Positions 23,401 to 27,741 of a DNA stretch of 32,000 bases are shown piece after piece. The stretch lies in assembly GCA_023818895.1 (NCBI GenBank), contig JAMWCX010000002.1, positions 90,001-122,000 on the forward strand, read 5' to 3'. Under the pieces are notes generated by a model, which made no database searches, was not told the origin of the DNA, and saw only the letters and a program-made list of their open reading frames with translations. The translations under genes and the position numbers were made by a program. Every line of letters starts with the position of its first letter. Within the stretch, counting starts at the first letter, position 1. The DNA comes from Candidatus Omnitrophota bacterium (GTDB lineage Bacteria > Omnitrophota > Gorgyraeia > 2-01-FULL-45-10).

Positions 23401-25024
23401 ATACAGTGGAACGCACATCCACTTTCACGAGCCTGCATAATGGCAAAAACCCCAATATCTTCTTGGAGCCCGTTAAAGCCAGAGCTCTATTCACTTCCTC
23501 TATAATACGTTCTATCCTTTTCTTCCTCTCATCTTCACTGACACTTCCAGGGCCGTCGTCAGCTATTATGAGCGCGAAAGAACGCTTCGTGGAGCTTTCT
23601 ATCCTGTTCTTCAAAATTTCTATATTGTATTTTGCCCCGGCAGAATAGGCAGACTTGATAACGAGTATATCGTCAGGCCTGTTCGGACATTCTATCAACT
23701 CCACATTTTCGCTGAGAGCCTTCCCCTTAAGCCAGTCACGCCAATATATCATCTCACCCGTTCTCTCATCCTTCGTGTTGTTATGAGCGTATGCCGCTAT
23801 GAGGCTATCTATTTCCTCATCACTTAAATGCTCCCATGACTTCTGGTCAAGCAGCCAGTGACCGGCAGGACTTTTGGAAATGCCGAGCGCGATGGCCATA
23901 TATCGGCAAGCTATTGGGATAAGAATATTATATATTGCCAGAGAAAACCCAAATACGATATCGCTCATCGGCAAGAACCAGCCGAAAGCCGCCAACGAAA
24001 CGAAGTTAATCGTAAGCCATGGCAGGCAGAATGTAAGAGGGACGGCCGAAAGCTCTATCTTTACCCTGAACATCCCGCCAAATATTGCGTTGCTATGTAC
24101 CCATTCATGTAGATATACGACCCACTGGAAGAAGAGTGGCATTCGCCTTAAGGCATCCTTATCCGCGAAGAGGGCGCTATTGATACGAGTCATCTGGCCG
24201 TTCTTCAGCATTTTTTCTACGGTGAAGGAAAAATAGGACAGCTTGCCCTTGGCGTCTGCGCGCACGCTATTGTCTGTCACGGCGTCTAACACGCGTATAT
24301 TCTCTGCTCTGTCAAAGGGCTTGATGAGCCCATGGTCTTTTCTCGCATGGCGAAAGGAAAGGGCGTCTTCCATAAAATAGGCGGTGAAAACGGGCAATAG
24401 GCTCATGAATAAAACATAGAATATAGACAAGGCTACCGAGAAAATGCTTTGATGGACGGATGTTACAGAAATGAGCAAAAGGGTGCTTATTACGCCTATC
24501 AGCGCCGCCATCCTTATCTTTTGGGGTTCCGCGGCAGCCCCTTCAGGCGTCTGTGTGTTGCCAGCCGTATCGGATTTTCTTAAAACCTGTTTACAAACCG
24601 ACCCAAGCCGGCCAAAAGCTTCCTCACTGTATCCTTCAACATTCCGCAAAGCGATATTCGGGTCGAAATATCTTAGCGCGTAGTCGGATGGAAAACTTAT
24701 CAGGGCTTCACTAAAATTATCGGCAACACTATATACGACTCCGTTTTCGTTAAGCCACTTCTTATGATGCCGAAGTATGCGATCTATGCTTTCAATTGCG
24801 ACATCTCCGCTGTTGATATGCCCGTTCTTTTCTATGGATATCTCTATAAATTTAGCTACCGCGCGGATATGAGACTGAGCATTTCGCAGGAAAAATTCAG
24901 GGGCAAGTTTATCAGGATGTGCCCATACTATATCCTGGAAAATAAAAGTTATTATTAATATGGCGGAGATTAACTTAATTAATGGATGGAACTTAGTGGG
25001 CTTATTTTGGTTAAATGCGTACAA
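14474..25024 (-). CDS. Giant 3,516-aa membrane-anchored multidomain protein of unknown function (HExxH membrane module, three SAM-methyltransferase-like domains, embedded HTH)
   Basis: A single uninterrupted 10,551-nt ORF in mid-GC DNA. Multiple independent enzyme-like motifs are in frame (see the sub-features). The start is TTG at 25024..25022, with a TAA seven codons upstream in frame. There is no other ATG, GTG or TTG in frame in the first 40 codons I checked, and no Met residue before 172. I recognise no Shine-Dalgarno sequence (upstream gatagtaagaaaaaaTTG). Confidence 0.9.
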   Translation of the reverse strand: MYAFNQNKPTKFHPLIKLISAILIITFIFQDIVWAHPDKLAPEFFLRNAQSHIRAVAKFIEISIEKNGHINSGDVAIESIDRILRHHKKWLNENGVVYSVADNFSEALISFPSDYALRYFDPNIALRNVEGYSEEAFGRLGSVCKQVLRKSDTAGNTQTPEGAAAEPQKIRMAALIGVISTLLLISVTSVHQSIFSVALSIFYVLFMSLLPVFTAYFMEDALSFRHARKDHGLIKPFDRAENIRVLDAVTDNSVRADAKGKLSYFSFTVEKMLKNGQMTRINSALFADKDALRRMPLFFQWVVYLHEWVHSNAIFGGMFRVKIELSAVPLTFCLPWLTINFVSLAAFGWFLPMSDIVFGFSLAIYNILIPIACRYMAIALGISKSPAGHWLLDQKSWEHLSDEEIDSLIAAYAHNNTKDERTGEMIYWRDWLKGKALSENVELIECPNRPDDILVIKSAYSAGAKYNIEILKNRIESSTKRSFALIIADDGPGSVSEDERKKRIERIIEEVNRALALTGSKKILGFLPLCRLVKVDVRSTVYDITRLKSLMKFNRRRLEHIRTADVEREAVVSEVHGNVVRLKVVLDWLHKNGYRTLQFIGDYIGRTKEEYGLEAIDLLREHIDSGKLPRLSMIMGKTEHIFLQAMLGDDRLTFTWLSNPILGGPNVLKSLKALARMTVDDNTPPRLRKDIEEAKHFEDMLIKMSNRHSTTIDSQWQLWYRFHPKLLDTAEFIVENMRFVYAEDKHHNIYIAGAVPENLKWRGLRGIEALDAMENEFRQKTLLGLWLLKLMKEIWLLMETAGEDNGVKREDRINAIRAIVQRERDADKIKKSNGINGFGEKITKQKILNNIEELLNTGPDEPLDVVFEHLSQRLKEDTRPLPKIFGLLNPRTKEEWAITPFGTPELGGIAVAEGGDKERQLRRIELGVNTVISLSSFTKDSQRLGQIRILDKEGNLLLLSVDAIGRFGFDPEPETVLVARTENEKTKGMSLESVTRRKLYGEKSIEVRGVEEIVDDYDKLLSGFRERWYTKILNDLWYLLASPLFEKEKRLTIERLKEWAGRLKKGCLELKAMWEAFPKPITPSDYEKILSKVNDISETCDELMSVGLSENELNAVIQDIRNLSTVFSIFKDRGMLNVAEQDVISSSIKFAISRAEQYARINKIVYHKVHNRFILDWEASIEPSDEPRKIALDSRKDGFSDNISFMLILGAATSTVAFIIAPLFLKAGLTISLLDSWSVFAISALGMALLSREDEEGGEKAQDRWYRVLPDFSGSQPIRAGSNNKTVINISRGLSDYQSFLAQMSMVEVFSQVMSGGLVYIDAGCGIGRAAVEASWINPHLKSYGIDINRWDRKDSSLDEEEWRSFSEKRNTLEKEGRYKFINGDVCDPAVFRPLEKADLITSFFTLQYADDPIRAIANFYNQLKTGGALIATIMVPKTGDLLSHYHNIIEKLNRSGMAVSSLTPFTNVASDDISMYLITVRKLRDDELVPSSALAGTDRREVTINGERFVVSIPIYKTADYGQIARGDPKALYEALITSPQQKLPSASFRTQFSERIKGILKRIESSNLPLSLRKELSNRIKEAGDMDVVKFRAVVLSGPAYREGGKGWLLGFNTMPRAPDKVVNDACLNNLQQLLRERYPRTIGLAIEVLNVLEKSDSCLEEYLFHEIICPHVGHEKARMIQEAIFAENYPSYLRNEKRPGHFDGLLSSKLKQVIEEIGEEGVESEEETEVLAESGDSLEDDAEEEEISQDELLAEIDNALQVAEARIDDAERAKDPQRIRWAIRDDVRPVLIAIRLMIYKIDDDKMREFYHEQYLDVAKDAAGAFWEATENFVNENLEKAHSMGERLVLVRKLLRLSEKDISDRLGLDENIWRAYEDGKNEDVPQHILRRIEGLAALPAGTLSKSDTEKERPNKFWGPGTPHITQPPDEELGRPSVTFEEKVSAESIYKDYFETLFEANLRLLVLLAKRMKAKRHSDKDALVSAKIETLNYVDGLLKEIKVFEERLKALPSDIRMAEYHRRVKEEFDKALAMISKDNEPAANAALVGAMNAVSGAREEILKKRIISGKHKVRFYEKDGKIVIQQHSYIRAGEEAKTLVPIYIDKKFDLRWQVGRSLDDQIESLLDERDVMSGYIDMVTKEIAVTASDASAVNTGNISHILYGLAGVIVEEKRLARITLETAIDLIDLEDTASLKHLLPIAKRYLGLRVENIDSMLHYLKTGRVEPYRDMVALHNKELVSRMNKINILLDKGDYRSARNNAYGLYRRIKSQLNEPDLEGLDSILWPLIRETEGVLNASAEKEKSVHISRAKFWAGILKDKIGEAALLAEFMESFRDKYETERLAGGNRRYLKEDTFIETFESFIKAKQLIRGSPRATSFKMLCYLAAFVSMEKSAFKAISTLRLIAAVDDIKRVLRMNRLKDLSATMAVLNKYSNREYIRRLDKIARTELVRALASDFGLDEAGRFEVAKAFAINRANLHRCFEEEALYVAFRRFAKICRDKINLIRAYIERGDISGAHSHAVNIIASINEEFDGIATDEFIDLVRDSMTGLIAIIYHTDSASVDKKEMLKCLEGSEKSLNELEKLCEAGRLLDAVGAWVKSGYLDSSLVIGKSMPVRNPGWGPGTPHITQPPDKDGSALIMEYAIRRAQEECYSWDVRLIENACVDKDLGDKHDSEKHGIFLWTPASIALQIIHYIKLINPSANICDLGSGNGMFCFLASKHFKDVSGIEWNENLHRAALSHQKDLGLVKRARNVRFIKGDFLAEDTDLSGYDVLYFFYTCPAGVDSAKWHDALRKKMVSKNGMRDGAKLIIFGDLDRISDEGLLYERVPLKSGYLNVYTRKGSVVGAKEPIILDGTAKRLPDAQQNSIAVKESSFPEPILIRCLIRSLEHYFTNALEGARIAQIMLADNVWTPEKAALAESSLMRIQKFINMLLADRVEVALDGKGNPDCIYLGDEGGVGAHGKLAVPPQEWSSLKDNLLLKELFEKERLLAEEQRRLITQYDGEKRDDIIRNSEALINGYRAIREKLVAGKSNQQLTQKSLSESPLSSVVETADIKAAIEEIARISGDNFFTENMKKHILKKVANMGLKKGERVLVVGPGNLDYLPVLLAKIGMRTTVIDTGAKSLYSQERLHRNFGLDKEIEAFSSYDAISDRVFDDIVMLAVLHTAVDPVSDTIALDFFKQSQIAHSDADKIKKVEMAAEDYFVRKIYKIMEPILRNLSKNGGRLFVNDVTPYSAEECRNNPVGIMFVKRQLQYLDEVLNIAGRKSGISYVRQNIDIDDFSMYPGTGGERRRGVVYRAEPIISGEGDILVKIRSLFESGLNGKLTADGSKILLSENLFVRDGDETELVQIRLALAPLFEGGGVAIMKPDEIRRAVTNKGASKDKLVAVLAKEDFEDKNIWNGSDKETALRSSLLILDDKLVGVNYLYLEGVIGLARAVMANNRQAIASYYKLMSGVAIDDEILALIKDDAQNNMAFAMRAILRFKPLVRIDVDELDRFRIKMENFLIAA
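15305..15772 (-). other. Giant protein aa ~3085-3240: third Rossmann/SAM-methyltransferase-like domain
   Basis: GERVLVVGPGNLDYLPVLLAKIGMRTTVIDTGAKSL is a glycine-rich loop followed by an acidic residue at the end of beta2. FDDIVMLAVLH and LSKNGGRLFVNDV follow. It is weaker than domains 1 and 2, and the GPG loop is atypical. Confidence 0.4.
16550..16972 (-). other. Giant protein aa ~2685-2825: class I SAM-dependent methyltransferase-like domain 2
   Basis: Motif I is ICDLGSGNGMF, post-I is VSGIEWNENL, motif II is VRFIKGDFL, and motif III is YDVLYFFY. AKLIIF follows. Confidence 0.65.
17117..17155 (-). repeat. Giant protein aa 2624-2636: peptide WGPGTPHITQPPD, copy 2
   Basis: The reverse complement reads TGG GGC CCC GGC ACC CCG CAC ATA ACG CAG CCG CCA GAC. 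The peptide is identical to copy 1, with 9 synonymous third-position differences. Confidence 0.95.
19232..19270 (-). repeat. Giant protein aa 1919-1931: peptide WGPGTPHITQPPD, copy 1
   Basis: The reverse complement reads TGG GGA CCA GGT ACG CCG CAT ATA ACG CAA CCA CCC GAT. Confidence 0.95.
19370..19489 (-). other. Giant protein aa ~1846-1885: XRE/Cro-C1-type helix-turn-helix-like segment
   Basis: GERLVLVRKLLRLSEKDISDRLGLDENIWRAYEDGKNEDVPQHILRRIEGLAALPAGTL follows the pattern of XRE HTH domains (GxRLxxxRxxxxLSxxxLAxxLGxxxxxxxxxExGK..P....L..IA..L). Confidence 0.5.
20690..21127 (-). other. Giant protein aa ~1300-1445: class I SAM-dependent methyltransferase-like domain 1
   Basis: Motif I is VYIDAGCGIG (verified at 21041..21070), post-I is SYGIDIN, and motif II is FINGDV. 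These are followed by ADLITSFFTLQYADDPIRAIANFYNQLKTGGALIATI. Order and spacing match the Rossmann-fold methyltransferase pattern. Confidence 0.7.
21275..21418 (-). other. Giant protein aa 1203-1250: internal pair of predicted transmembrane helices
   Basis: ISFMLILGAATSTVAFIIAPLFLKAGLTISLLDSWSVFAISALGMALLS is two ~20-residue hydrophobic stretches separated by K-A-G. Charged sequence lies on both sides (RKDGFSD before, SREDEEGGEK after). Confidence 0.5.
24095..24109 (-). other. Giant protein aa 306-310: HEWVH (HExxH zinc-metallopeptidase-type motif) within a hydrophobic block
   Basis: Plus strand atgtacccattcatg is, in reverse complement, CAT GAA TGG GTA CAT = H E W V H. It is flanked by the hydrophobic segments LFFQWVVYL and, downstream, LSAVPLTFCLPWLTINFVSLAAFGWFL and IVFGFSLAIYNILIPIACRYMAIALGI. 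Confidence 0.4.
24923..24985 (-). other. Giant protein aa 14-34: N-terminal signal peptide or signal anchor
   Basis: A basic n-region (NKPTKFH) is followed by the hydrophobic stretch PLIKLISAILIITFIFQDIVWA and then HPD. V-W-A fits the -3/-1 signal peptidase rule. Confidence 0.5.
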
Positions 25025-25293
25025 TTTTTTCTTACTATCTATTAAATTAACCGATATTACAAAAAAATAAATGTTTTAATTAAATTAAAGGCGATTAGTT
25101 AAAATATTTAATCTAAATGTTTATTTATATAACAACAACTAAAATTAATAGCCACAATTCTAATAAGCTAAAAATTGAAATTCGAGAAATCATGTAGATA
25201 TAGGATATCATATAATAAAAATTTGTCAATAGTTAATACCTACCTATTTTATATCCTAACGGATATCTTGCTATATAAATCCTAAAATCTATT
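25025..25293 (-). promoter_or_regulatory. Extremely AT-rich intergenic region upstream of the giant ORF (presumed promoter and 5' leader)
   Basis: My hand count gives 53 G+C in 269 nt (about 20%), against visibly mid-GC coding flanks. It contains GGATATC at 25203..25209 and 25261..25267, an ATATCC-TAAC-GGATAT hairpin (25251..25266), and ATTAAATTAA twice (25041..25050 and 25079..25088). Confidence 0.5.
25202..25229 (-). promoter_or_regulatory. Candidate promoter for the giant ORF (TTGACA-N16-TATCCT)
   Basis: The minus strand reads TTGACAaatttttattatatgaTATCCT. The -35 element is plus strand tgtcaa (25224..25229) and the -10 is plus strand aggata (25202..25207). Chance matches are likely in DNA this AT-rich. 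Confidence 0.2.
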
Positions 25294-25749
25294 TTATTGT
25301 GCTATTGGAAAGGCCCGAAAGATGACCTGAAGGAGAATATTAGTATACAGTGCGGCTATTATATCGTCAAACATTATACCGAGAGATCCTGTAAGGTGTT
25401 CGAGTCTTTTAGCCGGTGGCGGTTTCAAAATATCAAAAATCCTGAACATGAAAAATCCGACTATCACCGAGTAGAGGTTAAACGGCACAAAAAACAGGGC
25501 GAGAAGCATTCCACACGCTTCATCTATTACTATCATAGCTGGATCTTTTCTCTTATATATCTTTTCCGCCTCCCCCGCAAACAGAACACCCATGGTAAAC
25601 AGAAAAAGTATCGAAAACGCGTACAAGATATCGTTTTCCCTGACCAAAAAATATACTATAAGACCTCCTAAAGAACCCATCGTGCCCGGCATAAATGGTG
25701 AATGGCCAAGATAAAAGAAACTTGTAACCATCTTAACTTTTTTTCGCAT
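25294..25749 (-). CDS. pgpA: Phosphatidylglycerophosphatase A
   Basis: 151-aa ORF with FFYLGHSPFMPGTMGSLGGL..VIDEACGM..FRIFDILKPPPAKRLE, plus a hydrophobic profile typical of PgpA. The ATG at 25749 overlaps the pgsA 3' end by 17 nt, and an alternative ATG lies at 25731. Confidence 0.85.
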   Translation of the reverse strand: MRKKVKMVTSFFYLGHSPFMPGTMGSLGGLIVYFLVRENDILYAFSILFLFTMGVLFAGEAEKIYKRKDPAMIVIDEACGMLLALFFVPFNLYSVIVGFFMFRIFDILKPPPAKRLEHLTGSLGIMFDDIIAALYTNILLQVIFRAFPIAQ

Positions 25750-26314
25750 TTGCGTAAACCCCCCTGTTCTTTACAAGGTAGGAAAGCCCGCTCATTAAAG
25801 TCAGTGTAACTGTGATAAGCATTAGAAAAAATATGGCGTTTTTGTAAAGATCGCCGGTCCGGCCGGAAGAGGCTGTCGGCGCAACCTCTTTAAATATAAT
25901 GAAGATAAGAATTATAAATATAGACAGCGCCTGACAGGCTGTCTTATGTTTGCCTCCAAGATCCGCCTCAACCACTTTACCATTGGCAAGCGCAAGAGCC
26001 CTAAGGCCCGTGATGGCAAGTTCCCTGAAAATTATTATCACAACCATCCATGCCGGCACGAGCTGCATCTGCACGAATGCCAGGAAGGCGGACAAGACCA
26101 AAACCTTGTCGGCGATCGGGTCCATCAGCTTTCCAAAATCAGTTATCTGGTTATGTTTTTTTGCGAGATAGCCATCCATGTAGTCGGTCAATGACGCGGC
26201 GATGAAGGTCAAAAGAGCGAGTGTTTTTGTTAGAAGGCCGGGCAGTAAAAGCAGCACAATGAATATGAAAGCCAAAAATAGTCTTAATACTGTGAGCTTG
26301 TTCGGTAGATTCAT
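25733..26314 (-). CDS. pgsA: CDP-diacylglycerol--glycerol-3-phosphate 3-phosphatidyltransferase
   Basis: 193-aa ORF with MNLPNKLTVLRL.. and the CDP-alcohol phosphotransferase motif DYMDGYLAKKHNQITDFGKLMDPIADK (D..DG..AR........G...D...D). Confidence 0.92.
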   Translation of the reverse strand: MNLPNKLTVLRLFLAFIFIVLLLLPGLLTKTLALLTFIAASLTDYMDGYLAKKHNQITDFGKLMDPIADKVLVLSAFLAFVQMQLVPAWMVVIIIFRELAITGLRALALANGKVVEADLGGKHKTACQALSIFIILIFIIFKEVAPTASSGRTGDLYKNAIFFLMLITVTLTLMSGLSYLVKNRGVYANAKKS

Positions 26315-26323
26315 GGCTTTATT

Positions 26324-27658
26324 TTACAGCGCCTTTCCTACCAAATCGTATTCCATCGCGTCCGTTACCTTGACCTTGTAAAATTCACCCGCTTTTAAAT
26401 TATTACCGGAAACGTACACCACCCCGTCTATATCCGGAGCGTCTCCCTCAGTGCGGCCGATAAATGATGTCTCCTCGCCAGCAACTTTCTCGTCGATCAA
26501 GACATCGATGGTCTTACCAACTAAAGATTTATTAATATCAAGCGATATGGCCTGCTGAAGCCTCATAATGGCATCGAACCTTTGCTTCTTGACGCTCTCC
26601 GGTATGTGCCCCTTAAATTTATACGCTGGGCTAGTCGCTTCGCGGGAATAAGTAAAAACGCCGAGTTTTTCAAAACGCGTCTGGCGCACAAAATCTGTAA
26701 GTTCTTTGAAATCCTTATCAGACTCGCCAGGGAAGCCGACTATCAAAGAGGTCCTTAAAGAAATTCCCGGAATTTTCCGCCTTAACTTATGTATAAGGTT
26801 TATTATATCACTCTTTCTGGTTTTCCTGTTCATCCTTTTTAGGATTTTATCGCTTATGTGCTGCACCGGCAGGTCGAGATACTTACATATACGATCTTGA
26901 CTTCGAATGACATCTATGAGCTCGTCTGTATAATGCGCAGGATGCGTATAGAGAATCCTTATCCAGCGAGGGCCTTTTTCGATAGCGCACAAATTCGCCA
27001 GAAGATATGGCAACGCCGGTTTTCCATACTGATCTATGCCGAAGAGTGTTGTGTCCTGACCGATTATATTTATCTCCCTTAAATGGCCACCAGACGAAAG
27101 ATTTTTTACTTCTCTGACAATGCTCGTGATTTTTCGTGAGCGAAACCGGCCGCGCAGGCGAGAGATTACACAGTAACTGCAGTAATTACTGCATCCTTCC
27201 GATATCTTGATATATCTGTAATGCTTGGGGGTAAGAAAAAGACGCGGAGAGCTATCATCATATATATAGTTTAAAGGTGATGATACTTCAAGACGTCTCT
27301 TGCCGTGTCCGCATTTGACGACAAGGCGTGCTATATCCGGAAAATCGCTTGTCCCTATAACGAGATCCGCCTCCGGCAACTCCGCCAAAAGCTTACCTTT
27401 GTAAAACTGAGGCAGGCAACCGGCAATCACAAGACACTTTATTTTGCCCTGTTTTTTCAGACGCCCGATCTCCAATATCGCGTCCACTGACTCTTCCCTG
27501 GCTGAAGAGGTAAAGGCGCATGTGTTCACGATGCACAGGTCGGTATTGCCCTCTGTCTTCATATAACTAAATCCGGCTTTTTTCAGGGAACCAGCCATGA
27601 TTTCGGAATCGACAAGGTTTCTGGGGCAACCGAGGCTGATTATTGAGAAGGTTTTCAT
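26324..27658 (-). CDS. rimO: Ribosomal protein S12 methylthiotransferase
   Basis: 444-aa ORF. It has an N-terminal UPF0004 domain (SLGCPRNLVDSE), a radical SAM cluster motif (CSNYCSYC) and a C-terminal TRAM-like domain (GKTIDVLIDE..GRTEGDAPDIDG). Confidence 0.88.
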   Translation of the reverse strand: MKTFSIISLGCPRNLVDSEIMAGSLKKAGFSYMKTEGNTDLCIVNTCAFTSSAREESVDAILEIGRLKKQGKIKCLVIAGCLPQFYKGKLLAELPEADLVIGTSDFPDIARLVVKCGHGKRRLEVSSPLNYIYDDSSPRLFLTPKHYRYIKISEGCSNYCSYCVISRLRGRFRSRKITSIVREVKNLSSGGHLREINIIGQDTTLFGIDQYGKPALPYLLANLCAIEKGPRWIRILYTHPAHYTDELIDVIRSQDRICKYLDLPVQHISDKILKRMNRKTRKSDIINLIHKLRRKIPGISLRTSLIVGFPGESDKDFKELTDFVRQTRFEKLGVFTYSREATSPAYKFKGHIPESVKKQRFDAIMRLQQAISLDINKSLVGKTIDVLIDEKVAGEETSFIGRTEGDAPDIDGVVYVSGNNLKAGEFYKVKVTDAMEYDLVGKAL

Positions 27659-27665
27659 TTGAGTC

Positions 27666-27714
27666 AGTAATTAGTAATTTTTGAGGTTTTCCGCGCTTTT
27701 TATTACTAATTACT
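27666..27714. repeat. 13-bp AT-rich inverted repeat (AGTAATTAGTAAT / ATTACTAATTACT) with a 23-nt loop in the rodZ-like/rimO spacer
   Basis: The arms are at 27666..27678 and 27702..27714. In the mRNA sense, the 3' arm ends 7 nt before the rimO ATG. The spacer also carries an exact 11-nt direct repeat, TTTTCCGCGCT, at 27687..27697 and 27729..27739. Confidence 0.75.
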
Positions 27715-27741
27715 AATTGCTAAGCCGTTTTTCCGCGCTGC

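Noticed and set aside
23543-23665. Glycosyltransferase family 2-like motif in the giant protein (ILVIKSAYSAGAKYNIEIL..FALIIADDGPGS, aa ~453-494)
   Set aside because: It superficially resembles the GT2 N-terminus (..IIPxYN.. / ..IIVVDDGS..). However, no DxD motif or later GT2 elements follow, and the Asn of YN is displaced. It is likely coincidental.
14236-25293. Genomic island or mobile element call for the giant-gene cassette; CRISPR arrays anywhere in the window
   Set aside because: No integrase, transposase or tRNA target is present. I could find no flanking direct or inverted repeats, and no short-repeat/spacer periodicity. Only the weaker claim of synteny interruption is made.
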